Origin: Syntrophorhabdaceae bacterium
GTDB lineage: Bacteria; Desulfobacterota; Syntrophorhabdia; Syntrophorhabdales; Syntrophorhabdaceae
Length of the DNA stretch: 64,000 nucleotides
Assembly: GCA_963665295.1 (NCBI GenBank)
Contig: OY762209.1
Location: 2,560,001 to 2,624,000 of the forward strand
Reading direction: 5' to 3'
The position numbers and the translations under genes are program-made. Below are positions 19,151-28,116 of this stretch, piece after piece (within the stretch, counting starts at the first letter, position 1; each line of letters starts with the position of its first letter). The notes under the pieces are model-generated. The model did no database searches and had not been told where the DNA came from. It worked only from the letters and a program-made list of their open reading frames with translations.

Positions 19151-20269
19151 ATGGATTTCACAAGAAAAAACCTCAGTTTCTTCATAGCCCTTTTATTGTC
19201 GATAGCGCTGTTGGCCGGTTCGGCGAGCGGGCGGCAGAACGAGGAGACCTGGAAATTCGCATTCATCAGCGATACGCAGGGAGACTACAGTAACCCTGCC
19301 GACCATTCCTGTATCAACGGGCCGGTCTTGCGGGCGATCGCCAAAGATATCGCAGAGGAAAGACCCGACTTCGTCCTTGTCGGGGGCGACCTGGTAAACG
19401 GCTGGCACCGGAATGGCGGCACGGATTACGCAACCCAGTTCGCAAACTGGAAATCCGCCATGGAACCTGTATACAAGGAAGGTATCTCTGTTTTTCCCGT
19501 GCGGGGAAACCATGAGAGCGGTCCCGACCGCGTTGCTCTCCCTCCTCTTCCCGCGCACCTCGAACCTCCTCCCGGAGCGCTCACAAAACTGGAGGAGGCG
19601 TTCAAGGACGCCTTTCCGCGGGCATATGGATATATACCGAAGAATGGGCCGAAAGGCGAGGAGGGTCTCACCTTCGGTTTCACGCACAAGAGTGTTTTCG
19701 TTATTGGGATGGACCAGTACGGACCTCATCCGCACCGCGTAAACCAGGAATGGCTCGACCGCGAACTTGCGGCCAACACGAAACCCCACGTATTTCTCTA
19801 TGGTCACGAACCGGCTTTCGGAGTCGGTCACATCGATAACCTCGCCTTCTACCCCGCGGACCGGGACCGCCTTTGGGACAGCTTCGGGAAGGGAGGCGGA
19901 AGGGTTTATTTTTCGGGACACGACCACTTTTATAATAGGGCGGCTATCCCAGACAAGACGGGGAACCGGATCTACCAGGTGATTGCAGGCACGGGAGGAG
20001 GCCGTTTCAGGGCGTGGAGCGGGGCGTACGCCGAAAGAGAGAGGGTGAAGGGAGAATACAGCGATTCCGGCAAGCACGGATACATTCTTGTCACCATTGA
20101 AGGTTCGAGGGCTACGGTTGCCTGGAAGGCGTTGCGCCGGGCAAACGGGGTTGACCTGTGGGAGGTTCGCGATTCCTTCTCATACACCCTTCCCGGCGTA
20201 GTAAACAAGATTCGTGGAGCAGACAGCGGTCTTTCGGCAGGTCCGCCGCTTGCACCGGTTCACCCCTGA
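19151..20269 (+). CDS. Secreted calcineurin-like metallophosphoesterase
   Basis: Motifs ISDTQ, GGDLVNG, RGNHE, GHEP and SGHDHFY; signal peptide; AAGGAG SD. Confidence 0.9.
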   Translation: MDFTRKNLSFFIALLLSIALLAGSASGRQNEETWKFAFISDTQGDYSNPADHSCINGPVLRAIAKDIAEERPDFVLVGGDLVNGWHRNGGTDYATQFANWKSAMEPVYKEGISVFPVRGNHESGPDRVALPPLPAHLEPPPGALTKLEEAFKDAFPRAYGYIPKNGPKGEEGLTFGFTHKSVFVIGMDQYGPHPHRVNQEWLDRELAANTKPHVFLYGHEPAFGVGHIDNLAFYPADRDRLWDSFGKGGGRVYFSGHDHFYNRAAIPDKTGNRIYQVIAGTGGGRFRAWSGAYAERERVKGEYSDSGKHGYILVTIEGSRATVAWKALRRANGVDLWEVRDSFSYTLPGVVNKIRGADSGLSAGPPLAPVHP

Positions 20270-20650
20270 ATCTGTTTTCTCCGTGGTCCTGCTGTGGAGC
20301 GAGGGGGAACGTCAAACTCTCCGTCGCATAGGAGAACCTTCGTGAAGAGTGAACCGGCTCCATCAGAACTGGAACGGATGAATTGTCCGGTTTTCTATGT
20401 TCTTGTACTAATCTCATTCAAAGTAAACCCCGGCTCCACCGGAGGGCCCCCAGGGCACGACGGACGGGATCGTGAGTATCATGTAATGTGAATACCGGTC
20501 TCCGGAAGTCGGGGACGGCGGGTCCTGCTCCACCCCAACCGGCCCGGGCGGGTGCTTGGCGCAGGACATCCACCGGGATGAGGGCTTTCTCCATATCGAA
20601 AAATATAGACAAAACGAATGCCCCTAGTTTATATTATGCCAATATTTAAT

Positions 20651-20688
20651 TTGACTAATCACTTGTGTGCATGATAAAATTCTCACAA
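20651..20688 (+). promoter_or_regulatory. sigma70-like promoter of the hdrA-like operon, possibly overlapped by a Rex-like site
   Basis: TTGACT-N18-TAAAAT with TGn extension. ATGATAAAATTCTCACAA is a partial (10/14) match to TTGTGAA-N4-TTCACAA. Confidence 0.5.
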
Positions 20689-20847
20689 GCTAGTAGTCAC
20701 AAACCGACACAAGGAAGACAAAGTATAGTGCAGAAGAGATTGATTTTTCTATCATTGGTCTGAGAAACGCAGAGGAGGCCCGTCGGGTCTCTCCTGATGA
20801 CCGTGCCCGTCGTTTCTCCGCCCTAACCCACCTTAAAATCTCCTGGG

Positions 20848-20880
20848 AATCCGGCGCAGAAAAGTGCGGCCGGATTTTTT
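20848..20880 (+). terminator. Intrinsic terminator-like hairpin inside the 5' leader (possible attenuator)
   Basis: AATCCGG-CGCA-GAAAAG-TGCG-G-CCGGATT followed by a T-tract. Confidence 0.5.
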
Positions 20881-20898
20881 AATTCACAGGAGGTGTTC

Positions 20899-21078
20899 AT
20901 GCCGGATACCACACGAATGCGGACGGGGTTTGACCCCGAGTCCCGTGACGCGTTCCTCCTCATTACGGAAGAGGCCCATCCGGGCCTGAAAACCCACAAA
21001 AGCAACAGCGCAAGCTGTCCGGGACAGGTGCGGCCTGCTCCGGACGCAAGAGCAAAAATAAGCAGGACGAGTCTATAG
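20899..21078 (+). CDS. Possible 59-aa leader ORF of unknown function
   Basis: Strong SD (CAGGAGGT) before ATG; ends 3 nt before the hdrA-like ORF; no recognisable motif. Confidence 0.3.
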   Translation: MPDTTRMRTGFDPESRDAFLLITEEAHPGLKTHKSNSASCPGQVRPAPDARAKISRTSL

Positions 21079-21081
21079 AAG

Positions 21082-24000
21082 ATGGAGAAGGAACCCATGG
21101 AAAAAGAACTGGACACACAAATAGAACAACTCTGTAAGAGTTTCGGTGAGAGTAATTTCGGAGATGTCATGATTGTCGGCGGAGGGATCAGCGGCATCCA
21201 GGCCGCCCTCGATCTCGGCACCGCGGGTTTCAAGGTCTACCTTGTGGACAAGTCGCCGACCATCGGCGGCCACATGTCCCAACTCGACAAGACCTTTCCC
21301 ACGAATGACTGCTCCATGTGTATCGAGTCCCCCAAGTTTGTGGAATGCAACAGGCATCCCAACATAGAAATCATGTCCTACACGGAAGTGGACAGCGTGG
21401 AGGGGAAGGCGGGAGACTTCAAGGTAACGCTGACGAAAAAGGCGAGATATGTTGATGAGAGCAAGTGCACGGGTTGCACGGTCTGCGTGGAGTACTGCCC
21501 CGTCAAATACCCGGATCAGTTCAACCAGGATATATCCAAGAACAAAGCCGTTCACATATACTTCGCCCAGGCGATTCCACTCAAACCGTACATAGATGAA
21601 AGCTGCCTTTATCTCAGTGAGAAGAAATGCCGGATCTGCGAAGCGGTCTGCAAGACGAAGGCCATAGACCTTAACCAGGCAGCGGAGAAAGTGGACGTGA
21701 AGGTGGGGGCCATAATCCTGTCTCCGGGTTTTGAACCCTTCGACCCCAAACTGAGGGAGGAATACCGCTACGGAGAGTTCGTGAACGTGGTAACCAGTAT
21801 GGACTATGAAAGGTTGTTATGCGCCACCGGTCCATATGAAGGCGAGATACTGCGCGGCTCCGACAAGAAACACCCTCACAACATAGCCTGGATTCACTGT
21901 GTCGGTTCCAGACAGGTTACCGAGGGCGGCAACAGCTACTGTTCCGCCGTATGCTGCACCTATACCCAGAAACAGATCATCTTGACCAAGGACCATGACG
22001 CCGAAGCGAAATGCACCATATTTCATAATGATATCCGTTCCTACGGAAAGGATTTCGAGCGGTTCTACCAGAGAACGGAGAAGCTTCCCGGCATCCGGTT
22101 CCTCAGAAGCTACACGTCCATAGTGCGGGAGGACCCGGTAACCAGGAACGTGACCATCCGGTACTCCACTCCCGACGATGGGGTGAAAGAGGAGGAGTTC
22201 GACATGGTGGTATTGTCCGTGGGACTGACCCCTCCTTTTGATTCCAAGGGTCTGGCAAACAGGTTCGGCATCGAGCTTAACAGCCATGGATTCTGTGCGG
22301 TCAATCCCTTTAATCCCATGGAAACCTCGCGGCCGGGGATTTTCATCAGCGGTGCGTTCCGGGGCCCCGTCGATATCCCCGAGTCGGTGGTGACGGCCAG
22401 CGGCGCGGGTTCCCAGTGCGGTGAACTTCTTGACTACCGAAGAGGGAAGCTGTCCAAGAAAAGGGTGTATCCCCCGGAAAAGGACGTGTCGCAAGAGGAG
22501 CCCAGGGTAGGTGTGTATGTGTGCCACTGCGGAGCCAATATCGGAAGGATTGTAAATGTCCCTTCCACGGTTGAGTATGCCTTGTCCCTGCCCAATGTCG
22601 CCCACGCCGAGGAGAGCCTTTTCATATGCTCCACCGAATCCGCCGCCATGCTCGCGAAGGACATCCGGGAAAGGGGGCTCAACCGCGTGATCGTCGCCGC
22701 CTGCACCCCGAGGACCCATGAACCGTTATTCCGTGACACCCTCCGTGAGGCGGGGATCAACCAGTACTACTACGACATGGCGAATATCCGGGAGCATTGC
22801 TCCTGGGTGCATTCCAAAGAACAGGAAGGGGCCACGGAAAAGGCCAAAGACATTATCCGCATGTCCGTAGCCCGGGCGTGCCATTTGGAGCCCCTCCAGG
22901 AATTCGACTTGCCCGTCAACAAGACGGCATTGGTCGTGGGAGGCGGTGTCGCCGGTATGACCAGCGCTCTCTCCATAGCGGCGCAGGGACACGAGGTCCA
23001 TCTCGTGGAAAAGGAGGCCGACCTTGGAGGAATCGCCCGAAGAATCTACTCCACTCTGGAAGGTCTTGATGTCCAGGCCTATGTAAGCGACCTGGTGCGC
23101 AAGGTCTACGAGCACCCCCGGATACATGTGTATACAGGTGCGACCATCCCGGATGCGAGCGGGTTCGTGGGCAACTTCGTGACGAAGATAAAGTCCGACA
23201 GGGGAGTAACCGAAGTGAAACACGGGGCAACCATCATCGCCACCGGTGCTGAAGTATACACGCCCACCGAATACCTCTATGGCGAAGACGACAGGGTAAT
23301 GACCCACCTGGAACTTGAGGAGCGGATGGCCAAGGGTGAAGAACAGGTGGTAAACGCCCGGAGCGTGGTCATGATCCAGTGCGTGGGCTGCAGAAACGAA
23401 GAGAGAAACTATTGCAGCCGCATATGCTGCAGCGAGTCGGTGAAGAACGCCCTGAGGTTGAAAGAGATGAACCCCGAAATGGAGGTCTCCATTCTCTTCC
23501 GGGACATCAGGACATATGGGTTCATGGAAGACTATTACAGGGAGGCCGCAGGCAAGGAGGTAAGGTTCATCCGTTACGAGCAGGATGACAAGCCCGTGGT
23601 GGCGCCCGGAGAGTCCGAGGAAGGGAGGCCTGTACTCAAGGTGACGGCCACGGATTTCGTCCTCGGGAAGAAGCTTGAACTTGACGCCGACGTGGTTGTC
23701 CTGGCCGCGGCTGTGATCCCCTCGGCGGACAGGAAGGAAATAGCCGGGCTATTCAAGGTATCCCTCGGACCGGACGAGTTCTTCCAGGAAGCCCACGTGA
23801 AACTGAGGCCCGTCGATTTCGGGGCTGAAGGCGTCTACCTTTGTGGAATAGCCCATTATCCCAAGCTCATATCGGAAACGGTGAGCCAGGCTTACGGGGC
23901 CGCCGGCCGGGCCTTGACCCTCCTCTCGAACGCCACGGTCACCGCTTCGGGTTCCGTGTGCGGCGTGGACGAGGATAAGTGTCTTTCCTGCGGGGCGTGT

Positions 24001-24231
24001 ATCGTGGCATGCACCTATGACGCTATAGACTTCTATGAGACACCCCGGGGCAGGAAGGCCAGGGTAAACCCGGTCCTCTGCAAAGGAGACGGTCTCTGCA
24101 ATGCAAAATGTCCTACAGGAGCTATTTCACTGAAGCACTATACCGACGATGAGCTTTTCAGCCAGATCAGCGCCGCGATTCCCGAAGAAGAGGGTGGGAA
24201 ACAGGCGGATGCCGCGGCGGGAGGTCTCTAA
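21082..24231 (+). CDS. hdrA: HdrA-family FAD/Fe-S protein with two FAD-binding modules (BamE-like)
   Basis: Motifs VGGGISGIQAAL, QLDKTFPTNDCSMC, HCVGSR…YCSAVCC, VCHCGANI, ACTPRTHEPLF, NIREHCSWVH, a second VGGGVAGM, QCVGCR…YCSRICC and a C-terminal ferredoxin. Start may be 21097. Confidence 0.92.
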   Translation: MEKEPMEKELDTQIEQLCKSFGESNFGDVMIVGGGISGIQAALDLGTAGFKVYLVDKSPTIGGHMSQLDKTFPTNDCSMCIESPKFVECNRHPNIEIMSYTEVDSVEGKAGDFKVTLTKKARYVDESKCTGCTVCVEYCPVKYPDQFNQDISKNKAVHIYFAQAIPLKPYIDESCLYLSEKKCRICEAVCKTKAIDLNQAAEKVDVKVGAIILSPGFEPFDPKLREEYRYGEFVNVVTSMDYERLLCATGPYEGEILRGSDKKHPHNIAWIHCVGSRQVTEGGNSYCSAVCCTYTQKQIILTKDHDAEAKCTIFHNDIRSYGKDFERFYQRTEKLPGIRFLRSYTSIVREDPVTRNVTIRYSTPDDGVKEEEFDMVVLSVGLTPPFDSKGLANRFGIELNSHGFCAVNPFNPMETSRPGIFISGAFRGPVDIPESVVTASGAGSQCGELLDYRRGKLSKKRVYPPEKDVSQEEPRVGVYVCHCGANIGRIVNVPSTVEYALSLPNVAHAEESLFICSTESAAMLAKDIRERGLNRVIVAACTPRTHEPLFRDTLREAGINQYYYDMANIREHCSWVHSKEQEGATEKAKDIIRMSVARACHLEPLQEFDLPVNKTALVVGGGVAGMTSALSIAAQGHEVHLVEKEADLGGIARRIYSTLEGLDVQAYVSDLVRKVYEHPRIHVYTGATIPDASGFVGNFVTKIKSDRGVTEVKHGATIIATGAEVYTPTEYLYGEDDRVMTHLELEERMAKGEEQVVNARSVVMIQCVGCRNEERNYCSRICCSESVKNALRLKEMNPEMEVSILFRDIRTYGFMEDYYREAAGKEVRFIRYEQDDKPVVAPGESEEGRPVLKVTATDFVLGKKLELDADVVVLAAAVIPSADRKEIAGLFKVSLGPDEFFQEAHVKLRPVDFGAEGVYLCGIAHYPKLISETVSQAYGAAGRALTLLSNATVTASGSVCGVDEDKCLSCGACIVACTYDAIDFYETPRGRKARVNPVLCKGDGLCNAKCPTGAISLKHYTDDELFSQISAAIPEEEGGKQADAAAGGL

Positions 24232-24282
24232 AGCTATGAATTTGAACAGATCAGGTATTTACGGTAAAGGAGGCGAGACCAA

Positions 24283-25062
24283 ATGAGTTCAGGACGTAAA
24301 CCGAGGATGTTAGGTATTATATGCAATTGGTGCTGCTACGGAGGCGCGGACCTCTGCGGTGTCTCCCGGTTTCAGTATCCCCCTTATATAAGGCTTATAA
24401 GGGTGATGTGTTCGGCCAGGGTCGATTTGGCCCACATACTGCTGGCCTTCTCGAAGGGGCAGGACGCGGTGTTCGTGGGCGGCTGTCATCTTGACGACTG
24501 CCACTATATAACCAACGGAAACTACGACGCCTTAAGCAATGTGCTTCTGTGCAAGAAGCTGTTGGAGCACATAGGGATGAACCCCGAAAGGCTCAGGCTT
24601 GAATGGGTGTCCGCCGGCGAAGGAATCCGTTTTGCCAATATCATGAATGATTTTGGGCGGAAGACGGAGGAACTGGGGCCACTCGGCGCAGACGAAGGGA
24701 TAGGGGAGGAGATTCTGAAGTCCAGGCTCGAAGCCCTGGCGAGACTTGTCCCCTATATTAAGATGGTGCAGACGGAGAGGCTGAGAGTGCCTCTGAAGCT
24801 TCGCGTATCGGGAGAATCGGAAGAAAACTATATGAAATACTTCCGGAGCGACGCGGTAAACAAGATAGTGAAGGACACCATTTTGGATAAGCTTGCCATG
24901 AGCGAGATTCTCCTGCTCCTCAAGGAGAAACCCCTCTCCACAGGCATGATGGCAGAAAAGCTGGGCCTGACCCCCTCCGAGGTATCACGGCACATGAACA
25001 CCTCTTCACGACACGGACTGGTCAGGTATGATGTAAACGAGAAGTGCTATACCCTTGCATAA
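24283..25062 (+). CDS. mvhD: MvhD-family [2Fe-2S] subunit with C-terminal winged-HTH-like extension (BamF-like)
   Basis: Motifs CNWCCYGGADLCG, RVMCSARVD, GGCHLDDCHY and ERLRLEWVSAGEG; tail LSTGMMAEKLGLTPSEVSRHM…GLV. Confidence 0.88.
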   Translation: MSSGRKPRMLGIICNWCCYGGADLCGVSRFQYPPYIRLIRVMCSARVDLAHILLAFSKGQDAVFVGGCHLDDCHYITNGNYDALSNVLLCKKLLEHIGMNPERLRLEWVSAGEGIRFANIMNDFGRKTEELGPLGADEGIGEEILKSRLEALARLVPYIKMVQTERLRVPLKLRVSGESEENYMKYFRSDAVNKIVKDTILDKLAMSEILLLLKEKPLSTGMMAEKLGLTPSEVSRHMNTSSRHGLVRYDVNEKCYTLA

Positions 25063-25072
25063 GGAAGATTAT

Positions 25073-25525
25073 ATGGATAACGAGAGAATCGATCAGATCA
25101 TTGAAAAGCATCACGGAGAGGCGAGCTCCCTCATTCAGGTACTCCTTGAGATCCAAAGCGAGAACCACTGGCTCCCCAAAGAGGCCCTGGAGAGGGTAGC
25201 CCAAAAGCTTGAGGTCCCCCTGACCCGGGTTCAGCACATCGCCACCTTTTACAAAGCCTTCAGCCTGGTTCCCAAGGGACGCCACGAGATCCACGTGTGT
25301 GTGGGCACCGCCTGCCACGTCCGCGGAGCGACCCGCGTCCTCGACGCGCTTCAGGACCTGACGGGGATCAAGCCGGGAGAGACGGACCTGGATCTGAAGT
25401 TCAGCCTCCAGACCGTGAACTGCCTCGGTTGTTGTGCTCTGGGACCCGTGATGGAAGTGGATGGAAAGACTCACGGTAAGATGGCGCCATCCAAGACAGC
25501 AGAGATACTAAAAAACTACGAGTAG
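25073..25525 (+). CDS. NuoE/HydC-like [2Fe-2S] subunit (BamG-like)
   Basis: Motifs IATFYKAFSL, VCVGTACHVRGA and VNCLGCCALGP. Confidence 0.92.
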   Translation: MDNERIDQIIEKHHGEASSLIQVLLEIQSENHWLPKEALERVAQKLEVPLTRVQHIATFYKAFSLVPKGRHEIHVCVGTACHVRGATRVLDALQDLTGIKPGETDLDLKFSLQTVNCLGCCALGPVMEVDGKTHGKMAPSKTAEILKNYE

Positions 25526-25534
25526 GATAAAACT

Positions 25535-27463
25535 ATGCCGCGTATAAATACACCCGCTGAATTGGAAGAATTCAGAAAAGACATTCTGTCGAAGAGAGAC
25601 CCGAACAAACCCTGCATCACCCTCTGTTCGGGGTCCGCGTGTAACGCCTCCGGAAGCGGAGAGGTTGCCGTTGCTATTGAAGAGGAGATCGAAAAACAGG
25701 GCCTCGCCGGTCAGGTGGACATTAGAAGGACCGGTTGCCACGGCTTCTGCGAGAGGGGTCCCATCGTGGTCATCCACCCCGAGGAGATATGTTACTTCAA
25801 CATAGAAGCCAAGGACATCCCCGAGATCATCTCCGAGACCATAAAAGAGAAGAAGGTGGTGGAGAGGCTGCTCTATATCGATCCCGTCACCAACGAGAAG
25901 ATCATCCACGAGTCGGATATCCCCTTCTACAAGTACCAGGAGAGGATCGTCTTCGGCTCCAACAGCAGCATCGACCCCAAGAGCATCGAGGACTACCTCG
26001 CCATCGGCGGGTATGCAGCCCTCGCCAAGTCCCTGACAGGGATGAGCTCCGACGAGGTCTTAAGTGAAGTCAAAAAGGCGAACCTCCGCGGACGTGGAGG
26101 CGGCGGCTTCCCCGCAGGCGTCAAGTGGGAAGGGTCCCGCAATGCCCCGGGGGATATCAAGTACGTCATCGTCAATGCCGATGAAGGCGACCCCGGCGCC
26201 TATATGGACAGGAGCTTGCTCGAAGGGAACCCCCATGCGGTCCTCGAAGGACTCACCATAGGGGCCTACGCAGTAGGCGCCCATGAAGGCTACATCTATG
26301 TCCGTCAGGAATACCCCCTTGCCGTGGAGAACGTCTTTACCGCCATTAAACAGGCGGAGGACCTGGGCCTCCTCGGGAAGAACATCCTTGGCTCCGGCTT
26401 TGACTTCGTGGTCAAGGTCCACCAGGGAGCAGGCGCTTTTGTCTGCGGTGAATCGACCGCCCTCATGACCGCCCTCGAAGGCCGGGCCGGCGAGCCGAGG
26501 CCCAAGTACATCCGCTCCAACGTGGTAGGTCTCTGGGGCAGGCCGAGCGTGCTCAACAATGTGGAAACCTGGGCCAATGTGCCCCTTATCATCAATAAAG
26601 GCGCCGACTGGTTCACCAAGATCGGCACCGAGAGCAGCAAGGGCACGAAGATCTTCTCCCTCGTGGGCAAGATCACCAACACGGGCCTCGTGGAAGTGCC
26701 CATGGGAACGCCGCTACGCGACATCATCTTCAAGATAGGCGGCGGCATCCCCGGAGGCAAGAAGTTCAAGGCGGTCCAGACCGGCGGGCCTTCCGGAGGG
26801 TGTATCCCCGAGGAGATGCTCGATCTGCCCGTGGGTTTTGACGAACTCACGAAGGCGGGCTCCATGATGGGCTCGGGCGGTATGATCGTCATGGACGAAG
26901 ATACATGCATGGTCGATGTGGCGAGGTACTTCCTCGACTTCCTCACCGACGAGTCCTGCGGCAAGTGCGTCCCCTGCCGTGAAGGCATGAGACAGATGCT
27001 GAAGCTCTTGACCGACATTACCGAGGGCAAGGGAAAAGAGGGAGACATCGAGCTTCTCGAACAGTTATCCGAAACCGCCATAGAAGCGGCGCTCTGCGCC
27101 CTGGGCAAAAGCTCGCCCAACCCCTTCTTAAGCACCTTGAAGTACTTCAGGGACGAGTACGAGGCGCATGTGAAAGAGAAGAGGTGCCCCGCCCTCTCCT
27201 GTAAAGAGCTGATCGCGTACTACATCGACCCGGCCAAGTGCCAGGCCTGTATGACGTGCCTTAAGAAATGCCCTGCCAATGCGATTGTGGGCGGCAAAAA
27301 CCAGATCCATGTGGTTGACCAGGAGAAATGCACGAAGTGTGGAACCTGCTTTGAGGTCTGCCCCCCGCGCTTCCGTTCGGTGACGAAGATCTCCGGCGAG
27401 CCTGTTCCGCCTCCTCTCCCTATGGAAGAAAGAACGATAATCAGAAAGGGCAAAGAAAAATGA
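25535..27463 (+). CDS. NuoF/HydB-like FMN/NAD(P)H-binding subunit with extra Fe-S domains (BamH-like)
   Basis: Motifs GCHGFCERGP, LRGRGGGGFP, NADEGDPGAYMDR, GAGAFVCGESTAL, GGPSGGC, ESCGKCVPCREG and two C-terminal 4Fe-4S motifs. Confidence 0.93.
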   Translation: MPRINTPAELEEFRKDILSKRDPNKPCITLCSGSACNASGSGEVAVAIEEEIEKQGLAGQVDIRRTGCHGFCERGPIVVIHPEEICYFNIEAKDIPEIISETIKEKKVVERLLYIDPVTNEKIIHESDIPFYKYQERIVFGSNSSIDPKSIEDYLAIGGYAALAKSLTGMSSDEVLSEVKKANLRGRGGGGFPAGVKWEGSRNAPGDIKYVIVNADEGDPGAYMDRSLLEGNPHAVLEGLTIGAYAVGAHEGYIYVRQEYPLAVENVFTAIKQAEDLGLLGKNILGSGFDFVVKVHQGAGAFVCGESTALMTALEGRAGEPRPKYIRSNVVGLWGRPSVLNNVETWANVPLIINKGADWFTKIGTESSKGTKIFSLVGKITNTGLVEVPMGTPLRDIIFKIGGGIPGGKKFKAVQTGGPSGGCIPEEMLDLPVGFDELTKAGSMMGSGGMIVMDEDTCMVDVARYFLDFLTDESCGKCVPCREGMRQMLKLLTDITEGKGKEGDIELLEQLSETAIEAALCALGKSSPNPFLSTLKYFRDEYEAHVKEKRCPALSCKELIAYYIDPAKCQACMTCLKKCPANAIVGGKNQIHVVDQEKCTKCGTCFEVCPPRFRSVTKISGEPVPPPLPMEERTIIRKGKEK

Positions 27464-28050
27464 TAAACTTACAGATCGACGGGAAAGAAATATCTGCCCC
27501 GGAGGGGATGACCCTCCTCGAGGCAGCGGAGAAAGAAGGGATCAAGATCCCGACCCTTTGTTACCATAAGGAATTGGAACCCTTCGGGGGATGCCGGCTC
27601 TGCACGGTGGAGGTGGAAAGCCGGGGCTCCTCCCGGCTGGTCGTCTCCTGTGTCTATCCGGTGGAGAAGAACCTCATAGTCCGTACCCGCTCGGAGAAGG
27701 TGGACAGGATACGCAAGATGATCCTCCAGCTCCTCCTTGCCCATGCGCCCGATGCCTTTGACCTTAAGGACCTTGCGGAAGAGTACGGGGCGGACAGGAA
27801 CTGCTTTGAGAAGGAACCTTCCTTCTGCATCCACTGCGGCCTCTGCGTACGGTACTGTGCCGAGGTGAAGAAGAAGAACGCCATCGGCTTCGTGGACAGG
27901 GGTATACGGAAGGAGATAAGCTTTATTCCGGAGATCGCGGCAAAGGAGTGCTGGAACTGCAAGGAATGCTTCCCTCTGTGTCCCACGGAAGCGCTCCAGG
28001 CGGCCTACGTGCTCACCAGGGCCCTCGCCTTCCCGGAAGTGAAGGAGTAG
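27460..28050 (+). CDS. Short NuoG-N-terminus/HydA-like Fe-S protein without catalytic domain (BamI-like)
   Basis: Motifs IPTLCYH…GGCRLCTVE…SC, CIHCGLCVRYC and CWNCKECFPLCP; only 196 aa. Confidence 0.88.
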   Translation: MINLQIDGKEISAPEGMTLLEAAEKEGIKIPTLCYHKELEPFGGCRLCTVEVESRGSSRLVVSCVYPVEKNLIVRTRSEKVDRIRKMILQLLLAHAPDAFDLKDLAEEYGADRNCFEKEPSFCIHCGLCVRYCAEVKKKNAIGFVDRGIRKEISFIPEIAAKECWNCKECFPLCPTEALQAAYVLTRALAFPEVKE

Positions 28051-28065
28051 GAAGAATAGGTTGTT

Positions 28066-28104
28066 CTTCGCACTTCCGGCCGAAAAAGGGGCGGAAGTGC
28101 GAAG
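28066..28104. terminator. Hairpin between convergent operons
   Basis: CTTCGCACTTCCG…CGGAAGTGCGAAG is a perfect 13-bp inverted repeat. Confidence 0.7.
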
Positions 28105-28116
28105 TCCCCATGTTGA

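Noticed and set aside
20760..20820. CTGATGA plus GAAAC suggesting a hammerhead ribozyme or fluoride riboswitch
   Set aside because: Stem II pairing and the cleavage-site geometry do not fit, and the fluoride 5' GGnGAUGG motif is absent.
21082..25062. Selenocysteine recoding in the HdrA and MvhD homologues
   Set aside because: There is no in-frame TGA; all motif positions are Cys codons.
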